Part shown: in pieces, positions 1 to 8,622 of the stretch | How positions within the stretch are numbered: the stretch's first letter is position 1 | How the letters are laid out: each line of letters begins with the position of its first letter | Assembly: GCA_031287685.1 (NCBI GenBank) | Contig: JAITSQ010000028.1 | Span: 609 to 64,608, forward strand | DNA length: 64,000 nucleotides | Direction: 5' to 3' | Origin: Clostridiales bacterium | GTDB taxonomy: Bacteria; Bacillota; Clostridia; Lachnospirales; WQUN01 | The notes under the pieces: generated by a model | Databases searched by the model: none | What the model saw: only the letters and a program-made list of their open reading frames with translations | What the model was told of the DNA's origin: nothing | Translations under genes and position numbers: made by a program

Positions 1-404
1 ACCGGGAGGTTTTCGGCGGCTGGAGCGACGGCTTGCTCGCAATGCGCTATAAGGCGGAGCAGGTCTCGGTAATCCCTCCGTCCGTGGCGGCGCGCGCGTT
101 TGAGTCCGGCGGCGTGTCTTACATTCAGGTTCAGCCCACGTTTTTATACGAATCCCTGTGGAACGCGTTCGTTTTCGCGGCTTTGACCCTCCTCGCGCGA
201 AAAAAACGCTTTGACGGCCAGGTTTTATTCCTGTACTTTATCGGCTACGGAACCGGCCGGTTTTATATTGAAGGGATACGCACCGACCAGCTGTTTCTGG
301 GCAACACGGAGCTGCCGGTCTCGCAAGTGGTGTCCGCCGCGCTGATAGTGTTATCGGTTGCCGGACTGATAGTCGTCGGAAAAAGCTCGAAAAAAACATA
401 TTAG
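1..404 (+). CDS. lgt: Prolipoprotein diacylglyceryl transferase, C-terminal part (5' end outside window)
   Basis: Frame is open from the window edge. Product is hydrophobic and carries the Lgt-type motif GRFYIEGIRTDQLFLG. Confidence 0.7.
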   Translation, partial: REVFGGWSDGLLAMRYKAEQVSVIPPSVAARAFESGGVSYIQVQPTFLYESLWNAFVFAALTLLARKKRFDGQVLFLYFIGYGTGRFYIEGIRTDQLFLGNTELPVSQVVSAALIVLSVAGLIVVGKSSKKTY

Positions 405-419
405 TAATGATATTCACGC

Positions 420-448
420 TTGTATTCTTGGCCCCGCGGAGTTATAAT
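420..448 (+). promoter_or_regulatory. Putative sigma-70-type promoter (TTGTAT-17 nt-TATAAT)
   Basis: Hexamers at 420-425 and 443-448 with a 17-nt spacer, upstream of the 532 CDS. Confidence 0.35.
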
Positions 449-531
449 TTAGTTGCGAAATTTATTTAACCGCAATTTCGTTTTATAAGCCAGGCGGAAA
501 ACTCGAAATTGCTATGAAGGGAGATAATCTT

Positions 532-741
532 ATGGCAAACGTGACAAAAGAAATGACAATCGGAGAAATCCTGTCCATCGACGCGAACGGAATCGCCCCG
601 TTGCTGCTTGAGGCGGGTATGCACTGCTTAGGCTGCCCCTCCGCGCAAATGGAGACTCTTGAGGAAGCCGGCGCTCTTCACGGGAACGACGTTGACGCGC
701 TCGTTGACAAAATCAACGCTTATCTGGCCAGCGCGTCATAA
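532..741 (+). CDS. DUF1858 / hybrid-cluster-associated redox-disulfide family small protein
   Basis: Motif [21 protein letters not shown] 532 lies 6 nt after a GAAGGGAG Shine-Dalgarno (SD); the ORF track starts at 514. Confidence 0.65.
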   Translation: MANVTKEMTIGEILSIDANGIAPLLLEAGMHCLGCPSAQMETLEEAGALHGNDVDALVDKINAYLASAS

Positions 742-799
742 TTCAGCCGAGACGGCGGAACATGGCCCTCCGCCGCAAAAAATCAAGCAACGCTTTAAG

Positions 800-866
800 T
801 AAGAGCCTGTTCCTATAGGCAGAAACTCCGGATCCCGCGTTTATATCCTATGGGAACAGGCTCTAA
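800..866. repeat. Family A palindromic repeat, copy A1 (short form)
   Basis: Arms AAGAGCCTGTTCCTATAGG (801-819) and CCTATGGGAACAGGCTCT (847-864). Same arms occur at 5009-5253 and 14526-14593. Confidence 0.8.
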
Positions 867-884
867 AATCAAGGAGGGCGAGCA

Positions 885-2543
885 ATGCCTTTAATTACCG
901 ATATTGTCAAATCAGGGCCTTGCGCCGCCCTCTTTTCCGAACTCAGCGCCTTCGCGGAGGAGTCCCTGCGCGGCTACACGTCCGACTTATCCGAAAGTTT
1001 CTCCGAATCGCCCGCGCTTTCCCGCAAAGATATTTACGATATGGTGTGGGGCAGCGCGGAGTTTTCCCCGTTTGAGCTCTGCGTGCTCGACAGCCCGCTC
1101 CTTCAGCGCCTGCGCAGGGTCAGGCAGCTCGGTATGGTTTGCGCCGTCTATTGCAACGCGGACTTTTCCCGCTTCGCGCATACGGTCGGCGTGGTTCGCG
1201 CCGCGCACAAAATGGCGGCTGTCGTGGAACGCAAACTGCGCGAAAAAAAACGCTTTCTCTCCTTCGACTTCGTGTCCGCCGTGCGCTTGGCCGCTATTTT
1301 TCACGATACGGGCCATATGTTCTTCAGCCACGTTTCGGAGAGCTTTTTCACAAAAAACGTTAATTTCCCGCGATATGACGAAATCAGCGCCGCCCTCGCC
1401 TATTTTAACCGCGAAACCGGCGCGTATTCGTCGCTGCACGAGGTTTTCAGCGTGATGCTTGCCTCAAGCGAGGCCGTCCGGCGGCTCCTGCGCCTCGCCG
1501 CTGAAAACACGCCCTTTTCCGAACATCGCCCTAACCCCGAGGACTTGGATTCATTTTTAAACAGACTTACAGAATACATCTGCGCGTTCATCATAGGCGT
1601 GCCCGTTGACGCGGAAATCCTGCCGTTCTCCAGGCTGCTGAACGGCGCGCTCGACGCGGATAAGCTCGATTACCTCTTTCGAGACTCGAAATGCACGAAT
1701 ATTCCCATTTCCGTAGACATCGAGCGCCTTATACATAAACTTGAGGTCGTGAAGGCCGCGGCTTTCAGCCCGGCGCCGGTCTGGCAGGGCGCGGAGGGCG
1801 AGCCGCTGTATCTGACGGCGGTGAAATTTTCCGCGCAGAAGGTGCTGCTTCAGCTCTCGCTGGCCCGCGCCGTGATGTATGAAAGCGTTTACCTTCACCA
1901 CAAGGCGCTGACCCTTGAAAAAATGGCCGCCCTAGGCTGCGCGGACTTTTTCCGGCAAGTTTCCGCGAAATACCTGCGCTTCGACGGCATAATGCGCCTA
2001 ACCGACGATTCCTTCGGGGAAACGGCCCTGGCCGCCCTGGCCGGCGAGGACACGGCGGCCTTCAAAATTTTCGCCGACATAAGAAACCGCAAGCTCTACA
2101 AGCGGCTCGCGCTTTTTTCGGCTGAAACCGTCAAAACCGGCTTCGCTGAATTTTCCGCGAACATCGTCAAGGCGGACTTCTCGGCGGAACAGGCCGCTTT
2201 TTTCGCGGCCGCGGGCGCGGAATACGCCGCGCTGACAAGCTCCCCGCCGCCGTCGTTCGCTTTTATACGCTCCTCGACTTACGCCAACGAGTATACTTCT
2301 TTTGACATACCCATAGAATATGGAGACGGCGCCTACAAGCCCGCCGCCGAAGTCCTCCGGAATCCGGCTATGGCGACGGAGGGCTTTTACCTGATAACGG
2401 ACGCCCCGAAGCGGGATTACGCCTGCGCCGCGCTTCTGCGCGTATTGTCCCGCCTTTACGGAATCGAGCTGACCGACGACGCGCCCGCCTGCTCGAAATG
2501 CCCAAAAAACCGCATTGACGAACTATTGACGCCGCTCAGATAA
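885..2543 (+). CDS. HD-domain phosphohydrolase (COG1078 / SAMHD1-like dNTPase family)
   Basis: Motifs FAHTVGV, IFHDTGHMFFSH and DADKLDYLFRDS; AAGGAGGG SD before the ATG. Confidence 0.8.
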   Translation: MPLITDIVKSGPCAALFSELSAFAEESLRGYTSDLSESFSESPALSRKDIYDMVWGSAEFSPFELCVLDSPLLQRLRRVRQLGMVCAVYCNADFSRFAHTVGVVRAAHKMAAVVERKLREKKRFLSFDFVSAVRLAAIFHDTGHMFFSHVSESFFTKNVNFPRYDEISAALAYFNRETGAYSSLHEVFSVMLASSEAVRRLLRLAAENTPFSEHRPNPEDLDSFLNRLTEYICAFIIGVPVDAEILPFSRLLNGALDADKLDYLFRDSKCTNIPISVDIERLIHKLEVVKAAAFSPAPVWQGAEGEPLYLTAVKFSAQKVLLQLSLARAVMYESVYLHHKALTLEKMAALGCADFFRQVSAKYLRFDGIMRLTDDSFGETALAALAGEDTAAFKIFADIRNRKLYKRLALFSAETVKTGFAEFSANIVKADFSAEQAAFFAAAGAEYAALTSSPPPSFAFIRSSTYANEYTSFDIPIEYGDGAYKPAAEVLRNPAMATEGFYLITDAPKRDYACAALLRVLSRLYGIELTDDAPACSKCPKNRIDELLTPLR

Positions 2544-2922
2544 ACACCCTGTACACAAACTCAAAAAGCAGCCCCGCGCAAAACCAAAGCGGGGCAAAAT
2601 CAAGCCTTATCACACCCCCTACGCTATACTTGGCGCCGCTGTAGTCCCACGGGCAGGCGTCAAACCGGCGCAGGGCGCTGCCCGCGGCGTATTCCACAGC
2701 GAAAATGCAGACGGAGTAAACCGCCCCGCGCGCGAAAATCGGATATTCCGACAAAAAATCCATAACCGGCAGAAAAAACGCCGCCAGCCCGTATATGAAA
2801 AACATCCACAGCGACGTGACGCAGGAGAGCCGCCCGTCCCGCCGCGCCACGGACGCGAGTCCCGTGAAAACAACCTCCATACACAGCCCCAGAAGCCCGT
2901 AAATAACAAAATTTTTAATCAT
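2536..2922 (-). CDS. Small polytopic membrane protein (PF06541 'ABC-transporter type IV'-like)
   Basis: Four hydrophobic segments; CPWDYSGAKYSVGGVIRLDF matches the WDYS signature of that family. Confidence 0.6.
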   Translation of the reverse strand: MIKNFVIYGLLGLCMEVVFTGLASVARRDGRLSCVTSLWMFFIYGLAAFFLPVMDFLSEYPIFARGAVYSVCIFAVEYAAGSALRRFDACPWDYSGAKYSVGGVIRLDFAPLWFCAGLLFEFVYRVFI

Positions 2923-3053
2923 ACGCTTATTTTGCGCAAAAACCTCGAAAAAATTATAAAACCTCTATTAAATTTTTCGGAAAAGGTGTATAATAGAAAT
3001 TAATGAATAATTTAAGAAATAACTAGACACGTGACGTGGCGTGATGAAAGGAA

Positions 3054-4094
3054 ATGCGTATGTTTGGGGCGGACATTGGAATAGACTTAGGAACGGCGAA
3101 CGTTCTTATTTATATCAAGGGGCAGGGCATAGTCCTGCAGGAGCCATCTGTCGTGGCCATCGATAAAAACAAGAATCAGCTGCTGGCCGTCGGGGACGAA
3201 GCGCGAAAGATGCTCGGCCGCACCCCCGGAAACATTATCGCCATAAGACCTCTTCGCGAAGGCGTTATTTCTGATTATGAAATTACCGAAAAAATGCTCC
3301 GTTATTTTATAGAAAAAGCCGTGGGCAAGTCGCTTCTCGTGCGTCCGCGCATTTCCGTCTGCGTCCCCTCCTCCGTGACGGAGGTAGAGCGCCGCGCTGT
3401 TGAGGACGCCACGCGCCAGGCCGGCGCGCGTCAGGTCTTTATAATTGAGGAGCCGGTGGCGGCGGCTATCGGCGCGGGGATTGACATATCCCGCGCGTGC
3501 GGCAGTATGGTTGTGGATATAGGCGGCGGCACGACGGACGTGGCCGTCATCTCTCTTGGCGGAACGGTCGTCAGCACCTCCCTGAAAGTCGCCGGGGATA
3601 ATTTTGACGAGTCAATCGTCCGCTATATGCGCAAAAAACACAGCCTGCTCATCGGCGAGCGCACTGCGGAGGATCTGAAAATAAACATCGGCACCGCTTT
3701 CACGCGCGCCAACCCGGTCTCAATGGACATTCGCGGACGCAACCTTGTCACTGGGCTGCCAAAGACAATCAGCGTTTCTTCTGAAGAAATGCAGGAAGCC
3801 CTTTCCGAGTCCGTCGCCGCCATTGTCGAGGCGGTTCATTCCGTACTCGAGCGCACCCCGCCGGAGCTTGCCTCCGACATAGCCGACCGGGGGATTGTTA
3901 TGACCGGCGGCGGCAGCCTCCTTTACGGGCTTGACAAACTTATAAAGAAAAAAACCGGAATCAACGCGATAATCGCGGAGGACGCCGTCAGCTGCGTCGC
4001 GATCGGCACCGGCAAATTTATAGAATACGCCGCCAGTATGAATCCGCACAATTTCAGCGAATCGCGCTCCTTCAGCAGCCGGCGCGGAAATTAA
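3054..4094 (+). CDS. mbl: Rod-shape determining actin homologue MreB/Mbl
   Basis: Motifs DIGIDLGTANVLIY, VVDIGGGTTDVAV and GIVMTGGGSLL; sits before flhO-flhP as in Bacillus. Confidence 0.9.
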   Translation: MRMFGADIGIDLGTANVLIYIKGQGIVLQEPSVVAIDKNKNQLLAVGDEARKMLGRTPGNIIAIRPLREGVISDYEITEKMLRYFIEKAVGKSLLVRPRISVCVPSSVTEVERRAVEDATRQAGARQVFIIEEPVAAAIGAGIDISRACGSMVVDIGGGTTDVAVISLGGTVVSTSLKVAGDNFDESIVRYMRKKHSLLIGERTAEDLKINIGTAFTRANPVSMDIRGRNLVTGLPKTISVSSEEMQEALSESVAAIVEAVHSVLERTPPELASDIADRGIVMTGGGSLLYGLDKLIKKKTGINAIIAEDAVSCVAIGTGKFIEYAASMNPHNFSESRSFSSRRGN

Positions 4095-4201
4095 AATTAT
4101 CCGCTAAATATTTTCCTCAAAACCGCCGATATTATATTTGAGGAATAACTAAAATTTTTACCGCTTAAAATATTCGCGCGACGCGGGAAAGTTGGAAAGC
4201 A

Positions 4202-4975
4202 ATGGTACGCGGTCTTTACACGTCAGGAATGGGTATGATTACGGCTATGAACAAGTTTGACGTCATATCAAACAACATAGCCAACGCCGGCACCACCGGC
4301 TATAAAAAGGACAACGTAATAACGCAGAGCTTCTCGGAGGAGCTTATGCGCCGTTTGAACGACCCCGCGCTTAATCAGATAAGCGCGCCGGACGTTAAAC
4401 TCGGCCCGGTTAGCCTTGGCGTTTTTGTGGACAACATCTTCACGGATTTTTCAACCGGCGCTTTTTCCGTCACGGATAACCCGCTTGACCTATGCATACA
4501 GGGGGATGGCTTTTTCGCCGCTTCCGTCGCCAATTCCGCCGGGGAGACCTCCGAAATGTACACCAGGGACGGTTCGCTGACCCTTCTTAACGGCCTTCTC
4601 GTGACGAATGGCGGCGCGCCCCTTGTCGGACAGAGCGGCAGCCCCATAACCGTCCCCAACGGCAATATCTCCATAAACGAACACGGCGACGTTTACGTCA
4701 ACGGCGAGTTTATCGACCGCTTGAAAATGGTGAGTTTCACCGACAACGCCTCCTTGCGCAAACACGGAGACAACTTTTACACAACGACCGAGCAGAGCCA
4801 GCAGGCTGACTTTAAGGGCGCCGTGGCTCAAGGGATCGCTGAAAAATCAAACGTCAACTCCGTGCGCGAAATGGTTGATATGATTGCGGTCAACCGCCTT
4901 TACGACGCTAATCAGCGCGTAATAACGACGGTTGACGCCACCCTTCAGCAAGCCGTCAGCGAAATAGGCAAATAA
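4202..4975 (+). CDS. flhO: Flagellar basal-body rod protein (FlgF/FlhO-like)
   Basis: N-terminal ISNNIANAGTTGYKKD and C-terminal VREMVDMIAVNRLYDANQRVI rod-protein motifs. Confidence 0.85.
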   Translation: MVRGLYTSGMGMITAMNKFDVISNNIANAGTTGYKKDNVITQSFSEELMRRLNDPALNQISAPDVKLGPVSLGVFVDNIFTDFSTGAFSVTDNPLDLCIQGDGFFAASVANSAGETSEMYTRDGSLTLLNGLLVTNGGAPLVGQSGSPITVPNGNISINEHGDVYVNGEFIDRLKMVSFTDNASLRKHGDNFYTTTEQSQQADFKGAVAQGIAEKSNVNSVREMVDMIAVNRLYDANQRVITTVDATLQQAVSEIGK

Positions 4976-5008
4976 TCCAACGATAAAACGCGTTCAGCGA
5001 AAAAACAT

Positions 5009-5253
5009 TAAGAACCTGTTCCCATAGGTATAAATGCCGGATCCCCTCGTTTTCGCTTCGCGAAAACGCTCGTGACGAGCGAATTTTTACAGCTTCAAGG
5101 CGCGATGAGCGCCGCGTACCCGTACTCGGTGTTTTTTCGTGCCTAATGCCGCACGAAAAAGCCACCTTCTTGGTACGCAAGCGAAGCGCAACGAATAAGC
5201 CGTAAAAATTCGCCGTAAAGTCGGCGTCTATATCCTATGGGAACAGGTTCTAA
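5009..5253. repeat. Family A repeat, copy A2 (long form, ~190 nt extra interior)
   Basis: Arms AAGAACCTGTTCCCATAGG (5010-5028) and CCTATGGGAACAGGTTCT (5234-5251). The interior holds a nested hairpin GCGAATTTTTAC (5079-5090) / GTAAAAATTCGC (5202-5213). Confidence 0.8.
5125..5172 (-). repeat. Hairpin module H, single copy inside A2 (reverse orientation)
   Basis: The reverse complement reads CAAGAAGGTGGC-TTTTTCGTGC-GGCATTAG-GCACGAAAAA-ACACCGAG. This is near-identical in layout and loop to module 1 of B1 (8430-8479). Confidence 0.7.
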
Positions 5254-5277
5254 TACCCCGAAAGGATTGTTTTATTT

Positions 5278-6114
5278 ATGATGCGCTCCCTCTGGACGGC
5301 CGCCTCCGGCATGACCTCCCAACAGCTTAACATCGACACGATTTCAAATAATCTGGCCAACGTGAACACCACGGGCTATAAAAAGGAAAGAATGGAGTTT
5401 AAGACGCTCCTTTACCAGACTATGCAGAGGGCGGACCAAGACCCCGCCAACACCCCCGCGCGCCCCGTCAACCTCCAGGTGGGCCACGGCGTGCGCCCTA
5501 TAGCCACCGCCCGCGCTTTCACAACGGGTTCGTTTCAGCGCACGGATAACGCGCAGGATTTCGCCATTGAGGGCGACGGCTTCTTTATAATCAACCGCGG
5601 CGCAGACCCGGCCACCGGGGAGGACGACATTACCTATACCCGAGACGGCTCCTTCAAAACGGCGGTCGTCGCCGACGGGACAATGCTGACCACCGCCGAG
5701 GGATACCCCGTTTTAAGCGTGGACGGCGAACCGATTGTAATCCCGCCGGAAGTGCTTATGAAAGACGTGACCGTTGACGAGAACGGTAATATGGGATACG
5801 CCAACGCCGAGGGCCAATATGAGGATTTAGGCTTCCAATTCGCGCTTGTGCAGTTTAGCAACCCGCAGGGGCTTGAATCCGTCGGCTCTAACCTTTTCAA
5901 GCAGACCGTGGCTTCCGGCGAGCCTCTTTCGGAGGCGGACGGCGAGACGAACAAAACAAGCCGCCTGCGCCAGAATTTTCTTGAGATGAGCAACGTGGCC
6001 GTCGCCAATGAAATGGTTGACCTGATTATAGCCCAGCGCGCGTACGACCTCAACTCAAAGGTCATCACCACAAGCGACGAGATGCTTCAGACCGCGAACG
6101 CTCTGAAGCGGTAA
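5278..6114 (+). CDS. flhP: Flagellar basal-body rod protein FlgG/FlhP
   Basis: Motifs ISNNLANVNTTGYKK and NEMVDLIIAQRAYDLNSKVITTSDEML. Confidence 0.9.
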   Translation: MMRSLWTAASGMTSQQLNIDTISNNLANVNTTGYKKERMEFKTLLYQTMQRADQDPANTPARPVNLQVGHGVRPIATARAFTTGSFQRTDNAQDFAIEGDGFFIINRGADPATGEDDITYTRDGSFKTAVVADGTMLTTAEGYPVLSVDGEPIVIPPEVLMKDVTVDENGNMGYANAEGQYEDLGFQFALVQFSNPQGLESVGSNLFKQTVASGEPLSEADGETNKTSRLRQNFLEMSNVAVANEMVDLIIAQRAYDLNSKVITTSDEMLQTANALKR

Positions 6115-6190
6115 CAATAACTGAACTTTCTTGCAATTTTAAGGAAAATTTTCACAAGAAGTATCCGGAAAGCGGGAAGGGAGTGTTTTT

Positions 6191-6571
6191 TTGGACATAT
6201 CGGCAATCGGCGGAGGTTCCGCTTTAACCGGCCAAGCCGCGCGGACGGCGCAAACAGCCGCGGACGAACAGCGCGCGAAGTCCTTTGAGGAGGCCCTCCA
6301 AACGGCGCGGACCCGCGAAGACGACGCGGGGCTTAAGGAAGCCTGCTTTGAGTTCGAGTCATATTTTATTCAAACAATGTTTCGCGAAATGCGCAAAACT
6401 ATTGACGATTCACATTCGTTGCTGCCAAAAAGCAACGCGGAGAACATTTTTACAGATATGCTCGACGAGGAATATTCAAAAAATCTGGCGAAATCAGGCG
6501 GCATAGGCTTGGCCAAAATGCTCTATTCTCAGATTTCAAAAGAAGAAACGGCGCGGAAGCCTTCCGTATAA
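6191..6571 (+). CDS. Rod-binding protein (FlgJ N-terminal-like, no muramidase domain)
   Basis: FESYFIQTMFREMRKT matches the rod-binding family motif; TTG start. Confidence 0.65.
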   Translation: MDISAIGGGSALTGQAARTAQTAADEQRAKSFEEALQTARTREDDAGLKEACFEFESYFIQTMFREMRKTIDDSHSLLPKSNAENIFTDMLDEEYSKNLAKSGGIGLAKMLYSQISKEETARKPSV

Positions 6572-6595
6572 CCGGGCTTCAACGCCAATAAATAT

Positions 6596-6630
6596 CAAAA
6601 AAACACGCCCGTAAAACGGCGCGTTTTTTA
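6596..6630. terminator. Probable bidirectional intrinsic terminator
   Basis: A-run, ACACGCC / GGCGCGT imperfect stem, then a T-run, between convergent genes. Confidence 0.4.
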
Positions 6631-8247
6631 TTTGTTCTCTTTCTCCCTTGCCAGCATAGCCCTGTATTCGTTCGTGGCCATCCCCGTCAGCTGCTTGAAC
6701 ACCCCTCGGAAATGCGCCGCGTCGTCGTACCCTATTTTCAGGGCGATTACATTGTCGGTCATATCCAAGTTTTTAAAGAGCCTTTTCGCCGCGTCTATCC
6801 GCACCCGCACAATATAATCATAGCACGACATTTTGTCCGAATCCATAAAAAGGCGGTTCAGAAATTCGCTCGTCGTTTTAAGGCGCAAAGCGAGCTTGGC
6901 GAGCGTTATATTCTCATAGTAGTTTTCCTCTATATACTTCTGGGCGGTTTCCAGTATCTCGATATTGCGCTCCTTGCGAATCTGCTGGGTATAGGCACAA
7001 AGCTCCCGCAGGCAGCCCGACAGATATTCTATCGCCTCGCGCGCGGTTTTGAGGCTCAGCGCGTCGCGTACTGAAAAAAAGGAGGTCACGTCATATTCGG
7101 CGGTTTCGTCCTGTTCCATAGCGTAACGCCCTATTGAAAACATAAGCTCCATAACGAAACGGTGGACAAGTTTTTCCGACGCCCCTCCCCCGCTCTCAAA
7201 ATCATCCGCTATCTGGCGGAGCATGCTTTCGCAGTACTCGTATTCCCCTATTACGGCGGCGCGGGCCAGCCGCCCCTCTTTTTCCGGCGAACGCTTGTAG
7301 GTCAAGCGGTTGTTCGGCTCCATATAATGAATGGGAATCACCACGCCGCGCCCCATATAAAAGCGGTACTGAAGCGCGGAAAGGGCCTCCCGGTAAGACA
7401 CCGATATTTGAGACGGCGCTCCATACGTCCGCCCAAGCCCGATTGTAATCTTTATATTCAGCTTTTCCTCCGAATCGGCTATAATTTCCGAGCAAAGCTC
7501 CATCAGTTCCTCAAACTCCAAATTCTCCGAAAAAACGCACACGCCGCAGTTAAACCGCGGGATAAAGGCGAAGCCGGCGTATCCCTTCCTGGCTATGCTG
7601 TCGGCTATGAGGCAGTTTACCTTATATACCATAAGGTGCTTCTCCGCCTCGCCTATGTTGCGGATAAGCTGCTTAAACTTGTCTATACGCGCCACAAAAA
7701 CGGTATAAACGCTTTTCAGGCGAAAACCGAAATACTTGAACGAGCTTAAAATCTCGTTATCGTCGAGCACTCCGCCCTCGATGAGCATATGCAGGAATTT
7801 TTCCTTAAACATCGGCATTTCACGCCGGTAGTCTACGACGACACGCTCATCCCGCCGCTTTTTAGCGTAATAGTTGTCAAAAAAACGAATCGCGTGCTCC
7901 ATACACCGTTTGAAATCAAGCGGCTTTACCGGACGGTACATAAAGTCCAGCACGCCGTATTCCGTGACGTTTTTTAAATATTCCGCGTCGTTATACGAGC
8001 CGTACAGGATAAATTTAGTATTCGTATACGTTTTGCTGACGTCCTGGATTATTTTTTTGCCCGCCGCGCCGAAAAAGCGTATATCGGCTATAATAAGGTC
8101 AGGCGCGGACTCGGCCATGGCTTTGTCAAGCCCCGCTGACGACGACAGCGCGCTTACGTTTTTAATCGACGGGAAGGACATTCGCAAGTATGTCCTGAAG
8201 TTGCGCACGCTCTCCTGGTCGGTATCGAGTATTAAAAGTTTAAGCAT
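6628..8247 (-). CDS. Response regulator with AraC-type HTH output (YesN-like)
   Basis: Receiver motifs LLILDTD, LIIADIRF and RPVKP; C-terminal AraC HTH (IALKIGYDDAAHFRGVFKQLTGMATNEYR). Confidence 0.85.
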   Translation of the reverse strand: MLKLLILDTDQESVRNFRTYLRMSFPSIKNVSALSSSAGLDKAMAESAPDLIIADIRFFGAAGKKIIQDVSKTYTNTKFILYGSYNDAEYLKNVTEYGVLDFMYRPVKPLDFKRCMEHAIRFFDNYYAKKRRDERVVVDYRREMPMFKEKFLHMLIEGGVLDDNEILSSFKYFGFRLKSVYTVFVARIDKFKQLIRNIGEAEKHLMVYKVNCLIADSIARKGYAGFAFIPRFNCGVCVFSENLEFEELMELCSEIIADSEEKLNIKITIGLGRTYGAPSQISVSYREALSALQYRFYMGRGVVIPIHYMEPNNRLTYKRSPEKEGRLARAAVIGEYEYCESMLRQIADDFESGGGASEKLVHRFVMELMFSIGRYAMEQDETAEYDVTSFFSVRDALSLKTAREAIEYLSGCLRELCAYTQQIRKERNIEILETAQKYIEENYYENITLAKLALRLKTTSEFLNRLFMDSDKMSCYDYIVRVRIDAAKRLFKNLDMTDNVIALKIGYDDAAHFRGVFKQLTGMATNEYRAMLAREKENK

Positions 8248-8379
8248 CGCGCCGGCCTCCGAAACAAAATGAGTGACTATTTATTATATCACAACTTACA
8301 TTTTTACGCAACTGTCTTTTCTGACTTTTTAAGGCCTAATACTAATCCCTGATTTCTTTCCGGTGCGATTTTTGCGTTT

Positions 8380-8622
8380 TAGAGCAATTCCATGTTTGAT
8401 TGGCGTTCTTCAAGCCGAAAATCGCGGGCAAGAAAGGGGCTTTTTCGGGCGGCATTAGGCCCGAAAAAACACCGGCACGAAGGGGGCTTTTTCGCGGGGC
8501 AGTAACCGCGAAAAAACACCGGCACGAAGGGGGCTTTTTCGCGGGGCAGTAACCGCGAAAAAACACCGGCTTTAACGCGTTTTCGGAGCGGAATAACGCC
8601 AATATCAAACGGAATTGCTATA
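8380..8622. mobile_element. Family B MITE-like element, copy B1 (three H modules), nested in C1
   Basis: TA-GAGCAATTCC...GGAATTGCTA-TA. The uninterrupted site in C2 has a single TA. Confidence 0.8.
8430..8570 (+). repeat. Three tandem H hairpin modules (8430-8479, 8480-8526, 8527-8570)
   Basis: Unit AAGGGGGC-TTTTTCGCGG-GGCAGTAA-CCGCGAAAAA-ACACCGGCACG. Modules 2 and 3 are identical. Confidence 0.85.

Noticed and set aside
904-1901. Several overlapping alternative-frame ORFs within the HD-domain gene: 904-1455, 987-1439 and 1557-1901.
   Set aside because: They have no motifs, and they sit inside a gene whose frame carries the complete HD signature.
8430-8570. Tandem ~47-nt repeats that could be mistaken for a small CRISPR array.
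   Set aside because: The units are directly contiguous with no spacers. They sit inside a TIR-bounded hairpin element, and no cas genes are nearby. They are interpreted as H modules of MITE B1.
8342-8608. Small ORFs lying within repeats: 8342-8608, 47094-47288, 47151-47366 and 55070-55405.
   Set aside because: Their reading frames are generated by the repeat hairpins (for example KKPPSC repeated). They differ between copies through indels, which is inconsistent with selection for coding.
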